Source: an uncultured delta proteobacterium (GTDB lineage Bacteria; Desulfobacterota; Binatia; DP-6). Taken from it: a stretch of DNA of 64,000 nucleotides. The stretch's first letter is position 1. Each line of letters begins with the position of its first letter. Below, one piece after another: positions 27,401-36,860 of this stretch. The stretch lies in NCBI GenBank assembly GCA_963815115.1, contig CAWFFN010000009.1, positions 128,001-192,000 of the forward strand, in the 5' to 3' direction. A program made the translations under genes and the position numbers. The notes below the pieces were generated by a model. The model saw only the letters and a list, made by a program, of their open reading frames with translations, made no database searches and was not told the DNA's origin.

Positions 27401-29539
27401 TCACCGGCAGACGTTCGATTCCATCGACCGCAGGCGCGCCGCCAGCGCGTCGCCTCCGGCCGTGTTCGAGCGCCCGCGCGAGGAGCGCAGAAGCTGGCAC
27501 GCGTCGTCGCGGCGGCCGTCGCTGGCGAGCAGCGTGACCTGCTCGATCCGGGCTTCGTACCAGGCGGTGCCACCGGGTGCGCTGCCCTCGACGACGCGCC
27601 GCCAGTAGCCGAGTGCTCCCGCCGTGTCGCCCGCCGCAGAGGCGGCCCGGGCGGCGCCGCGCAGCGCCTCGGCGGAGGCGTCGTTCCTTGCCAGCACCTG
27701 GTCGTATTGCTTGCGAGCGCCCGCGGGATTGCCCGCGGCCAGCATCAGATCGGCGAGCTGGATGCTGTCGCGCTCGTCGCCTCCGTCGCGTACCAGGACG
27801 GCGTAGGTCTTTTGTGCCAGGGTGACCGCCTGCTGGCGAGCGGCGGGGTCGCCCTGCCGCGCGCGATCGGCGAGCTCGCGGCCGAGGCGCGCGAGCGTCT
27901 TCCGACGGTCCGGATCGGCCGGCGTGGCGAGGTAGGTGTCGAGATCGTGCCCCGCGTCGTCGAACTGCCCGAGCGCGACCCGGGCCTGGAGCCTGAGCTC
28001 GACCACACGCGGGAAGAGATCGCGCGCCGCCGGATACTTCTGCTCGAAGCCGGAGAGCAGCGCCACGGTCGTCTCCCGGTCCGGCGGCGTGGTGCTCGCC
28101 GCGACGAGCGCTCCCATGAGGGCCGCCCGGGCCGCCATCGGCGCATCGTCGCCCTTCGCCGGCGTTGCGGCGACGAAGGCGCGCAGATCCTTCGCCAGGG
28201 CGGTGCGGTCGTCGGCGGAGGTCTTGTCGGAAAGGGTGCCGGCGCGGCACTCGAGCACGCCGAAGCGGGCTCGTGACGCGTAGGCGCCCGGGGGCACCTT
28301 GGCGAGCTCCGTCGACGCCTTCGTGCAGTCGCCGCGGCTCCGGTAGAGGTCGCCCAGGAGGTACCGTGCCTCGGCCACGCCGTCCGCCTTGGGATAGCGC
28401 GTCAGGTAGGTGGTGAGCGCCTCTTCGAATGCACCGTCGGCGGCGCCGCCATGCGACGGCTCCGCCGCGCGCGCCACGTCGAGCGCGCGGAAGCGCAGAT
28501 AGGCGCTTTCCGGCGCGCGCGGCGAGTCGGGGAAGTCTCGTACGAGCTCGCCCAGCACAGGCGCCGCCTCCGCCTGCTTCTTGGCGTTCAGCAGACACCC
28601 GCCCGCGAGGAAGAGCAGCTCGGGCCGCCAGCGCGCACGGCCCGGGTCCTTCACCGTGGCACCGGCGGTCGCCAGCGCCGGCACGTCCGCGCAGCGACCG
28701 CGGTCGACGGCGAGCTGGCCGAGGAGGAAGAGGCCGTAGCTCGAGCGCACGCCCGCCGGCGTGCCGTCACCCAGCTTCTGCGTGATCACGCCCTGCACGC
28801 GCGCCGGCCAGTCGCCGCCCCGCGCAGCGAGCCCGCGGGCCAGCTCGGTGATCTCCTTGTCGGCGCCCGGCTTCTCGGCGGCGTTCGGCAGCCCGTCGGA
28901 CAGCTTTCCGAGCAGCATGGCGTCGGTGTCCTGCGGCGGGGGCTCGGGCTTGCCGCTCTCCCTGCGCTCGAGCTCGGCGAGCGCCACCTTCGCCTTGGCC
29001 GCGGTGCGCGATTTCGACGCGGCAGCCTTCAGGTCGTCACGGGCTTTCGCCCAGTTGCCGAGGTCCATGTAGGCGAGCCCGCGCCCGTAGAGGCTCTCGG
29101 CATAGACGTCGGGCGCCTCCTCCATCTCGGCGAACTGCGAGAAGCCGTCGACGGCCTTCGAGAGGAGCGACTTCTTCTGTGCCGCGTCGCTCACCAGCTG
29201 CGCCGCCTGGTAGCGCACCCAGGCGAGATGGTAGGCGACGATGTAGGACTGGACCTCGGGCTCGCGCCAGCGCGGGCTGCGGTAGAGCTCCTGGAGATCG
29301 CCGTCCGCGGTGATGACCTCGTCACGCAGGCGATCGAGCCGGGCGCGCAGCTGCTCCTTCTCGGCCGCGAGATCGCGCTCCAGATCGGGCCACACCGCGG
29401 TCGCGCGCTCGCGATCGCCGCGCTCCAGGAGATCGTAGAAGCTCCGGCTGCGCTGCTCGAGCGACGGCGCGTCCGCCGCCCTTGCCGGCAGCGCGAGCGT
29501 CGCAATCAGCAGGAGCGCGCCGGCCCGCCGGAAGATCAC
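27401..29539 (-). CDS. Exported tetratricopeptide-repeat (TPR) protein
   Basis: Signal peptide (LALPARA); repeated helical TPR-like units (YGRGLAYMDLG, ARYLLGDLY, FPDSPRAPE). Confidence 0.75.
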   Translation of the reverse strand: MIFRRAGALLLIATLALPARAADAPSLEQRSRSFYDLLERGDRERATAVWPDLERDLAAEKEQLRARLDRLRDEVITADGDLQELYRSPRWREPEVQSYIVAYHLAWVRYQAAQLVSDAAQKKSLLSKAVDGFSQFAEMEEAPDVYAESLYGRGLAYMDLGNWAKARDDLKAAASKSRTAAKAKVALAELERRESGKPEPPPQDTDAMLLGKLSDGLPNAAEKPGADKEITELARGLAARGGDWPARVQGVITQKLGDGTPAGVRSSYGLFLLGQLAVDRGRCADVPALATAGATVKDPGRARWRPELLFLAGGCLLNAKKQAEAAPVLGELVRDFPDSPRAPESAYLRFRALDVARAAEPSHGGAADGAFEEALTTYLTRYPKADGVAEARYLLGDLYRSRGDCTKASTELAKVPPGAYASRARFGVLECRAGTLSDKTSADDRTALAKDLRAFVAATPAKGDDAPMAARAALMGALVAASTTPPDRETTVALLSGFEQKYPAARDLFPRVVELRLQARVALGQFDDAGHDLDTYLATPADPDRRKTLARLGRELADRARQGDPAARQQAVTLAQKTYAVLVRDGGDERDSIQLADLMLAAGNPAGARKQYDQVLARNDASAEALRGAARAASAAGDTAGALGYWRRVVEGSAPGGTAWYEARIEQVTLLASDGRRDDACQLLRSSRGRSNTAGGDALAARLRSMESNVCR

Positions 29540-29940
29540 TCCGAGGCCAGGGCGAAGCCGCTCGCACCCGCCTCCTTGGCGAGGCCGAGCACGCGTACCA
29601 CCTCGCCGAGGACCACCTGGCGGTCGCCGGCCAGGATCACGACCTTGTCGTTGGTCTTCGCGAGCGCGTCCTTCAGCACGCTGGCGAGCGCGCCGTCGTC
29701 GCCGGCGACCGGCCGGTCGTTCACGTAGACCTCGTGCGACGGCGTCATGGTCACCATGATGCCCTTCTGCTCCTGCTCCTCGGCGCTCGACTTCGGCAGG
29801 TCGACGTTCTCGGGCTTCATCATGGCCGAGGTGGTGATCATGAAGATGATGAGGAGGACGAGGAAGACGTCGGTCAGCGGAGTGACGTTGATCTCCGCCA
29901 TGATGCCGCGCTTGCGCGACGTCGCGGTGCTAAGCGCCAT
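29536..29940 (-). CDS. ExbD/TolR family biopolymer transport protein
   Basis: EINVTPLTDVFLVLLIIFMIT with the conserved Asp. Confidence 0.93.
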   Translation of the reverse strand: MALSTATSRKRGIMAEINVTPLTDVFLVLLIIFMITTSAMMKPENVDLPKSSAEEQEQKGIMVTMTPSHEVYVNDRPVAGDDGALASVLKDALAKTNDKVVILAGDRQVVLGEVVRVLGLAKEAGASGFALASE

Positions 29941-30580
29941 GCACCCTCCGGCCGGCGGTCAGCGCTTCGAGCACCCGGCTGCTGCCGATGCGGAGCGCGG
30001 CGTCGATGCGCTCCACGCGCGACTGGAAGTAGTTGTAGAACACGACCGCGACGATGCCGACCGCGAGGCCGAGCGCGGTGGCGATGAGCGCCTCCGATAT
30101 GCCGCTGGCGACGACCGCGAAGCCGCCCGTGCCCGCCAGCGCGATGGCGTGGAAGGCGCGGATGATGCCGAGCACGGTGCCGAACAGCCCGATGAACGGC
30201 GCCGAGGAGCCGATGGTGCCGAGCACCCACAGGTTCGATCCGGCGCCCTGCACCTCCTCGAAGTTGCGCTCGGTGGCGACCCGCTCGAGCTCGGGCATGG
30301 GCAGGCCGCGCTCCTTCTCGATCAAGTCCGCGAAGACCCGTCGTGCGGGACAGGCGCGATGCTTGCGCACGACCTCGAGGGCGCCCTGCCAGTCGCCGTG
30401 CGCGAGCACCGGGACGACGTCGCGGGTGAGCCGGGCGGTCGACCGCACGATGCCGCGCAGGCTCCAGGCGCGCTCGAGGACGATGCCGAGCAGGATGACC
30501 GAGCATGCCAGCAGGGGATAGGTGGAGATCGCTCCCTGCCGGATGAGGGCCACGAGGTCGAGGGTGTTGGTGTTGTCCAT
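29930..30580 (-). CDS. MotA/TolQ/ExbB proton channel family protein
   Basis: APFIGLFGTVLGII and GISEALIATALGL. Confidence 0.94.
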   Translation of the reverse strand: MDNTNTLDLVALIRQGAISTYPLLACSVILLGIVLERAWSLRGIVRSTARLTRDVVPVLAHGDWQGALEVVRKHRACPARRVFADLIEKERGLPMPELERVATERNFEEVQGAGSNLWVLGTIGSSAPFIGLFGTVLGIIRAFHAIALAGTGGFAVVASGISEALIATALGLAVGIVAVVFYNYFQSRVERIDAALRIGSSRVLEALTAGRRVHGA

Positions 30581-30599
30581 GGTTGCTCCTTGCGAGTCC

Positions 30600-31865
30600 T
30601 TATCGGTTGCGGGCGACGCGCGAAACGTCCTTCTCCCACTGCGGGCCGAAGGCCTGCACCAGGAGGTACCGCACCATGGCCTGATCCTGCCCGAGGGCGA
30701 TCGCCTGACCGCCGCCCATCCGCGAGATGTCGGCGAAGCTGTCCTGGAGCTGCTTGTAGAAGTCCGGCAGCGGGGAGACCTCTTTCAGCTCGTCGCCGTA
30801 GAGCCAGCGGTGCAGCTTGCGCTCGTGCTCCTCGTGGAGGCGGAGGCTCACGTCGATCGTGCTCACCACCCCGCCCCGCGCGTGCCACTCGCTCACCAGG
30901 TTGCGGATCGCCGGGATGTCCTTCTCGTGCGGTGGGGAGCTCCCGACGAGGATGATCACCTTCTTCGCGTCATCGCGCCATTTCAGCTGATGTATCGCGG
31001 CGTCGAGACCGTCCTTGACCGCTTCCTCCCAGTCACCGCCGCCCTCGGCGACGATGCCGTCGAGGAAGTTCTTCACCTTGCCGCTGGTGAAGGTGAGATC
31101 GGTCCACTTGACGACGTAGGGCTCGCTCTGGCGCGGCGCCGTGGCGACGTTGTCGTCGTCGCGATCACGGTAGGCGACGGCACCGATGCGCGCCCCCGGC
31201 ACCAGGCGCTGCATGGTGAAGACGAGGTCGTCCAGCCGGCGCTTCAGGTCGTCGATGACGTTCTGCATGCTGCCGGTGGCGTCGACCACGATCGCCACGT
31301 CGAGGCCGACCTTGCGCAGGCTGCCGACGTACTTGCCGAAGGCGCTGTCGAGCGAGATGCCGAGGCTGGCCAGCCCGATGCCGTTGCCGCCGCCGCCGCC
31401 GGTCCCGAGGCCCCCGGCGCCGGCGCCCGCGGACGCGAAGCGCGCACCGAGGTCGGTACCGGCTCCGATCGGCCGCACGGGGCGGGCGAACTGCACGACG
31501 GGGCTGGTGGCAACCGCCTTCGGCTTCGCAGCCTGAGGCATCACGACCGCTTCCGGCGTACGCGCGACGAGGAGATCCTTCACCTCGTCATCGCGTTTCG
31601 GATCCTGCGGGCGCACCGGCTGCGGCAGGTCCGTCAACGAGAAGATCTGGCGGCGCTTCTGCTGGCCGAGCCCCGCGCCACCGCCCGAGCCCATGCCGAA
31701 GCCGGGCCCGACGCCGAGACCGAAGCCGCCGCCGATGCCCGCCACGTCGAAGATGATCAGGAGCAGCAGGAGGACGTGGAGGAGCACGGACGCACCCATC
31801 GCGAGGCCGAGACGACCTGGGCGGGAGCGTGCGGTGCCATCGAGGAGAAGATCCGGAGAGGACAT
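30600..31865 (-). CDS. Membrane-anchored VWA domain protein with TonB/TolA-like N-terminal helix
   Basis: TM SVLLHVLLLLLIIF; Gly/Pro-rich linker; VDATGSM MIDAS, GGGDWEE and VGSSPPH. Confidence 0.8.
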   Translation of the reverse strand: MSSPDLLLDGTARSRPGRLGLAMGASVLLHVLLLLLIIFDVAGIGGGFGLGVGPGFGMGSGGGAGLGQQKRRQIFSLTDLPQPVRPQDPKRDDEVKDLLVARTPEAVVMPQAAKPKAVATSPVVQFARPVRPIGAGTDLGARFASAGAGAGGLGTGGGGGNGIGLASLGISLDSAFGKYVGSLRKVGLDVAIVVDATGSMQNVIDDLKRRLDDLVFTMQRLVPGARIGAVAYRDRDDDNVATAPRQSEPYVVKWTDLTFTSGKVKNFLDGIVAEGGGDWEEAVKDGLDAAIHQLKWRDDAKKVIILVGSSPPHEKDIPAIRNLVSEWHARGGVVSTIDVSLRLHEEHERKLHRWLYGDELKEVSPLPDFYKQLQDSFADISRMGGGQAIALGQDQAMVRYLLVQAFGPQWEKDVSRVARNR

Positions 31866-31885
31866 GAAACGGAAGGCGATCTAAG

Positions 31886-31914
31886 GACTTACGGGTGGGG
31901 TATCAACCTGTCAA
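31886..31914 (-). promoter_or_regulatory. Putative sigma70-type promoter of the VWA-exbB-exbD-TPR operon
   Basis: Perfect TTGACA, 17-bp spacer, weak -10 TAAGTC on the minus strand. Confidence 0.4.
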
Positions 31915-31936
31915 GGCAACCGGGTGTCGCATGTGA

Positions 31937-32704
31937 CTACCAGCGCAGCCGGGTGCGCAGGGCGCGCGCCTGCGTCCGGCTCACGGCCACCTCGCTGCTG
32001 GCGTGATCGCGCATGACGAGCTTGTAGCGACCGCCAAACCAGGGGACGATCTCCCGCACGTGGCGCAGGTTCACGAGGCTCGCCTTGTGGACCCGGAAGA
32101 ACGACTCCGGGTCGAGGCGCTCCTCGAGATCGCGCAGCGTGTAGTTCGTCATGTGGGCGCGCTCGCCGGTGTGGGCGTAGACCAGCCGGTGCTCGACCCC
32201 GAACCAGCGCACGTCCTCGACGGGGAGCAAGAGGATGCGCTTCCCGCTGTAGGCGGAGATGCGCGTGGCGTACGTCTTCCGGCTCTGCTCGAGCCGCTGC
32301 AGAACCGCCTCGACGTCCAACCCCGGACCGCCCGTCGACAGGCGCGCGCGTACGCGACCGACCGCCTCCTCGACCCGGGCGCGGGCGAAGGGCTTCAGCA
32401 GGTAGTCGAGGGCATGCACCTCGAAGGCGCGGATGGCGTACTCGTCGAAGGCGGTCGCGAAGACGATCTGCGGAGCGGGACCGCGCAGCGCCCGCAGCAC
32501 CTCGAACCCGTCCATGCCGGGCATCTGCACGTCGAGGAAGACGAGGTCGGGCCGCTGCTCCTCGATCATCCGGACCGCTTCGACGCCGTCCTGGGCCTCT
32601 CCCACCAGCTCCACGCCACCGAGCCGCGCGAGGAACGTTCTCAACCGATCGCGTGCGAGCTTCTCGTCGTCGACGACGAGCGTCCGGATGCCGCTGCTCG
32701 TCAA
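31937..32704 (-). CDS. LytTR family response regulator
   Basis: VVDDEKLAR, FLDVQMPG, DYLLKP and FFRVHKASLVN; TTG start overlapping the kinase stop. Confidence 0.92.
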   Translation of the reverse strand: MTSSGIRTLVVDDEKLARDRLRTFLARLGGVELVGEAQDGVEAVRMIEEQRPDLVFLDVQMPGMDGFEVLRALRGPAPQIVFATAFDEYAIRAFEVHALDYLLKPFARARVEEAVGRVRARLSTGGPGLDVEAVLQRLEQSRKTYATRISAYSGKRILLLPVEDVRWFGVEHRLVYAHTGERAHMTNYTLRDLEERLDPESFFRVHKASLVNLRHVREIVPWFGGRYKLVMRDHASSEVAVSRTQARALRTRLRW

Positions 32705-33801
32705 GCGGCCTCCTGCACCGGGAGCCGCAAGCGTACGACGGTGCCGCGTCCAGGGCTGCTCCGGATCTCGGGCAGGTGATCGGTGCCATAGAGGCGCTCG
32801 AGCCGCGCCCGCAAGTTGCGCAGGCCGACGCCGCGCGCATAGACCTCCGCGAGCACCGGCTCCGCCATGCCGAGGCCGTCGTCGCCGACCGTCAGCGTGA
32901 GGATATCGCCGTCCACTCGCGCGTCGATCGACACCGTGCCGACGCCGAGCTTGCGCGACAGCCCGTGCTTGACGGCGTTCTCCACCAGCGGCTGCAGGAT
33001 GAGGTTCGGGATGAGCTGGCGCAGGCTGCGCGGATCGACGCGGGTCTCCACGCGCAGGCGCTCGTCGAAGCGGGCGCGCTCGATGTCGAGATAGGCGCGC
33101 GTCATCTGGAGCTCCTCGGCGAGCGGCACGAACTCCTGCTCGGAGCGGTGGAGGATGTAGCGGAAGATCTCGGCGAGGCGCTCGACACAGGCCTCGGCCT
33201 TCTCGGGGTCGGCGTGGATGAGCTGGGCGATCGAGTTGAGGCTGTTGAAGAGGAAGTGCGGATTGATCTGCGCCCGCAGGGCGGCCAGCTGCGCGGTGGC
33301 GGCGAGCTCGCTGAGCTCCCGCTCGCGCGTCTGCAACGCCTGCACGTGGCGCCAGACCAGGTGGTAGCCGATCAGCGCCATCAGCCCCACCGGCACGATG
33401 GGAAGGAGCGCGTACAGACGCACGATGCCCTGGCGCATGGCGGGGGTGATCGTGAGGTGGACGTCGTCGCCGGTCGGCGTGCCGAACAATCCGATGCCGC
33501 TCCGACCGTGCCAGGTGGTCGCCCACACGACGACCGCGGACACGACGGCGAAGACGAGCGCCGCCACCACCGCCTGCCGCACCAGCTGACTGGCGAAGGA
33601 GCGGCCCCCGAGAGCCGGGAACACCCAGCGCCAGAGCGCATAGGTGACGCCTCCGAACACCGTGCTGGCCAGAGTGAAGACGATGGGTGCCGTCCACGAT
33701 TGCCAGAGAACCAGGTGCACCAGCCCGAGGTGCAGGCCGGTCGCGGCGCCCGTCCCGAGGACGAGCAGCACCATCCGGTTGCGACGGGTCGACTGCGGCA
33801 T
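32701..33801 (-). CDS. LytS/YehU family sensor histidine kinase
   Basis: Several N-terminal TM helices; LRAQINPHFLFNSLN, QPLVENAVKHG, DDGLG and GVGLRN; start could be 33825. Confidence 0.92.
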   Translation of the reverse strand: MPQSTRRNRMVLLVLGTGAATGLHLGLVHLVLWQSWTAPIVFTLASTVFGGVTYALWRWVFPALGGRSFASQLVRQAVVAALVFAVVSAVVVWATTWHGRSGIGLFGTPTGDDVHLTITPAMRQGIVRLYALLPIVPVGLMALIGYHLVWRHVQALQTRERELSELAATAQLAALRAQINPHFLFNSLNSIAQLIHADPEKAEACVERLAEIFRYILHRSEQEFVPLAEELQMTRAYLDIERARFDERLRVETRVDPRSLRQLIPNLILQPLVENAVKHGLSRKLGVGTVSIDARVDGDILTLTVGDDGLGMAEPVLAEVYARGVGLRNLRARLERLYGTDHLPEIRSSPGRGTVVRLRLPVQEAA

Positions 33802-33968
33802 GAGTAGGTCTGGCCGCGGAGGCATCGGCGCGAAGCATAGCCCAGGCCCCCGCCCCCGCCTACACTGCCCCGCGTCGAAGCCCGGGGCGAGCGCGCCGGG
33901 GCGAACGGTCGGATAGGGGCGCCGAGGGGACCGCGCAGCCGTCCGGAGCGCCGCGCCCGGGTCGCCGC

Positions 33969-34730
33969 TCAGGTGGCGGCGACGCGCCCCGGAGGCTCCG
34001 CCGGCTCCCCGAGCTCGCGCTGGAAGAGCTCGTGGGTCTGTTCGGTGAGGTTCTCGACGGACGTTCCCGCGAAGCGCTCGTAGGGGATCTCCTGCAGCAC
34101 CCGGACGCGGATCGCATGTCGTCCTTGCAGCACGAATCCGCGCTTGGGAAGCGCATGCGACGTCCCTTCCACGAGGATGGGGAGGAGCGGCACGCGGGCG
34201 CCCAGCGCGAGCGTGAAGGCGCCGTGCTTGAAGGGCTTGAGCCGCCCATCGGCCGAACGAGTGCCCTCCGGGAAGATCATGACCGAGCTGCCTTCTTCGA
34301 GCGCACGCTCGGCGTCCCGCATCATCCGGGCGATGCTGTCGGGATTGCCGCGCCGGAGCCGGATGTAGCGATTCAGCGTCATGTTCCAGCCGATGCACGG
34401 GATACGAAAGAGCTCCGCTTTCGACACCCACTTGAAGTGCACGAAGAGACGGAAGAGGACGAGGATGTCGAGCAGCGACTGGTGGTTCGACACCATCACG
34501 TAGGTGACCCCGCGGCGCACGTGCTCGCGGCCGGCGATCGACACCCGCCAGGCCGGGTTGAGCCAGGTGTAGAGCGAGGCCCAGAAGCAGGTGAAGCGAT
34601 GCTGCGCGACCAGACGCCGGTCGAAGAGGACGGTCACGACCCAGAGGAGCAGGGCGATCGGGAACAGCAGCAGCGAGCTGACGACGATGAAGGCCCAGAA
34701 GAGGGCCGAGAGCACGCGCCGCAGGAACAC
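33969..34730 (-). CDS. 1-acyl-sn-glycerol-3-phosphate (lysophospholipid) acyltransferase family protein
   Basis: NHQSLLD and FPEGTRS PlsC motifs. Confidence 0.9.
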   Translation of the reverse strand: MFLRRVLSALFWAFIVVSSLLLFPIALLLWVVTVLFDRRLVAQHRFTCFWASLYTWLNPAWRVSIAGREHVRRGVTYVMVSNHQSLLDILVLFRLFVHFKWVSKAELFRIPCIGWNMTLNRYIRLRRGNPDSIARMMRDAERALEEGSSVMIFPEGTRSADGRLKPFKHGAFTLALGARVPLLPILVEGTSHALPKRGFVLQGRHAIRVRVLQEIPYERFAGTSVENLTEQTHELFQRELGEPAEPPGRVAAT

Positions 34731-34797
34731 CGCGCGCCCTCTACCACTCCGCCGTGATCGCGTCGAGGTTGCTCGGCCGCCGCGACGCGCCGGGGCT

Positions 34798-35217
34798 CTA
34801 CGCCGCGGCCGGGCGAAAGACCGGCAGGCTGACCTCGGGCGACACGTCCTCGAAGGCCACCTCGACCGGCATGCCGATCTCGATCGCGCCCGGCTCGCGA
34901 TCGACGAGGCTCGAGAGCATGCGCGTGCCTTCCTCCAGCTCGACCACGACGACGGCGTAGGGCGCACGGGCCGCGAACCAGGGATGGTTCGCCTGGTGCA
35001 TGACCGCGATGCTGAAGACCCGGCCGCGGCCGCTCACGCGCTGCCACTCGACCCGGCGCGACAGGCAGCGGCTGCACACCTCGCGCGCGGGAAAGCGAAA
35101 CGCGCCGCAATCGACACAGCGCTGGGCGACCAGCTCGTGGCGGTGCGCCGCTTCCCAGAAGGGCGCCATCTCCGGCGTGATCGCCGGGATCGGCCGAGTG
35201 ACGGCCGGCTCGCTCAC
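34798..35217 (-). CDS. Zn-ribbon/OB-fold DUF35 protein
   Basis: PFWEA...QRCVDC...CSRC and VVELEEG; follows a thiolase. Confidence 0.9.
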   Translation of the reverse strand: MSEPAVTRPIPAITPEMAPFWEAAHRHELVAQRCVDCGAFRFPAREVCSRCLSRRVEWQRVSGRGRVFSIAVMHQANHPWFAARAPYAVVVVELEEGTRMLSSLVDREPGAIEIGMPVEVAFEDVSPEVSLPVFRPAAA

Positions 35218-36389
35218 GACGCCAGCCTCGACAGGACCAGCGTCGCGTGCGTCGAGAGGACCCCGCCGTTGCCCGATACCAGCGCGACGTCGTGCCGCAC
35301 CGCCTGCCGTGCGCCACCCTCGCCGCGCAGCTGCACCACCGCCTCCGAGATCGGGGTCATGCCCCACATGTAGAAGCTGGAGAGCTGCCCGCCGCCGGTG
35401 TTCAGCGCGAGCGTGCCTCCCGGGCCGGTATGATGCTCGGCGGCGAACGCGCCGCCCTCGCCCTTCTTGCAGAAGCCGTAGTCCTCGAGGGTCACCAGCA
35501 CGGTGAAGGTGTAGCAGTCGTAGAGCTCGACCACGTCGACGTCACGCAGCCCGATGCCGGCCATCGCGAAGGCCGGCTCCTTGGCCAGCACCGCGCCCGA
35601 GGTGAGGGTGTCGGCCGGGTCGCCCCCCAGGTGACCCTGGCCCATGCCCCAGACGTAGACCGGCGGCTTGCGCAACGAGCGGGCGCGCTCCGCGCTGGTG
35701 ACGATCACCGCGAGGCCGCCGTTCGAGACCAGGCAGCAGTCCATGATGTGGAAGGGCTCCACGATCCAGCGCGAGGCGCGGTAGTCGTCCAGGGTGAGCG
35801 GCCGGTCGTGCATCTGGGCGTCGGGGTTCAGGTTGGCCCAGCGGCGCTGCGCGACGGCGACGGCACCGAGCTGATCCTGGGTCGTGCCGTAGACGTGCAT
35901 GTGGCGGCGTGCGACCAGCGCATACATGGCGTTCACGCCGAAGAAGCCGTAGGCAGCCTCCCAGCCGCGCGCGAAGCCGTAGGCTGCGCCGCTCGAGGTG
36001 CGCGCGCCCTGCGGCGAGGGCGGCTTGAGCGGCGCGTCCGAGAACACGCACGCGACGGTGCTGCACAGGCCGGCGGCGATGGCCTGCGCCGCATGCTGGA
36101 TCATGGCGCATGCGGTGGCGCCGCCCAGGTTCATGGTGGCGGTGAGACGAAGATCGCGCAGGCCGAGCGCCTGGTTCAGCTGGAACGAGCCCATGCCCTG
36201 GTCGTTCCAGGTGAGGCCGGGGTTGAGCAGGAGGCCGTCCAGATCGCTGCGCGCGAGGCCGGCGTCGTCGAGGGCGAGACGCACGGCGTCGACGGCGAAC
36301 CCGATCGCGTTGGTGCCGTAGACCCTGCCTTGCGGCGTGATCCCGAGGCCGGCGATCGCGGCCGCTCCCCGCAGCGGATGCGTGCTCAC
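35214..36389 (-). CDS. Thiolase-superfamily (SCP-x/Ltp2-like) protein
   Basis: AIAGLG, DCCLVSNG, ELYDCYT, EDYGFC and NTGGGQLS. Confidence 0.9.
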   Translation of the reverse strand: MSTHPLRGAAAIAGLGITPQGRVYGTNAIGFAVDAVRLALDDAGLARSDLDGLLLNPGLTWNDQGMGSFQLNQALGLRDLRLTATMNLGGATACAMIQHAAQAIAAGLCSTVACVFSDAPLKPPSPQGARTSSGAAYGFARGWEAAYGFFGVNAMYALVARRHMHVYGTTQDQLGAVAVAQRRWANLNPDAQMHDRPLTLDDYRASRWIVEPFHIMDCCLVSNGGLAVIVTSAERARSLRKPPVYVWGMGQGHLGGDPADTLTSGAVLAKEPAFAMAGIGLRDVDVVELYDCYTFTVLVTLEDYGFCKKGEGGAFAAEHHTGPGGTLALNTGGGQLSSFYMWGMTPISEAVVQLRGEGGARQAVRHDVALVSGNGGVLSTHATLVLSRLAS

Positions 36390-36429
36390 CTAGTCACCGA
36401 CGGTCGTCCAGCCCTGCCGCCTAGACCGG

Positions 36430-36690
36430 TCAGCGCAGCAGGACGCGGAAGTGGCGCCGCAGCAGCATCGCCTGGTCCTGGACCGACGGGCTGCGCCGCG
36501 CGGTCATCAGGACCTCGAAGAGCTCTCGATCGCCCGCTTCCTTGTCCGCCGTCTCGTCGCGCAACGCGTCGAGGATCTCGTGGATGACTCGCGGAATCTC
36601 GCGCTGGGGGATCACCAGGTCCCCCCGGCCGAGCGTACCGGTCCAGTTGGAGGCGTAGGGACGCAGCACGTTCAAGATGCGTTCGGTCAT
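36430..36690 (-). CDS. Hypothetical protein
   Basis: 86-aa ORF with plausible codon usage filling the gap. Confidence 0.5.
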   Translation of the reverse strand: MTERILNVLRPYASNWTGTLGRGDLVIPQREIPRVIHEILDALRDETADKEAGDRELFEVLMTARRSPSVQDQAMLLRRHFRVLLR

Positions 36691-36860
36691 CGAGCGATCA
36701 CCGCGCATGCGATCCACCAGCGCGATTAAACCACGACGTGCGCTGGACGCAAGGAGCGGGTGCGGAGCGCCTCCTACCGCCGTCGTCTTGACAGCAGCGC
36801 GCGGGCGCTCGTACACGCCTCGAGGTGCGATCGGGCGCTTCCTCGGACAGAGCTGAGCCG

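Noticed and set aside
29536-30580. Canonical tol-pal or tonB-exbBD locus
   Set aside because: No tolB, pal, ybgC, TonB C-terminal domain or TonB-dependent receptor adjacent.
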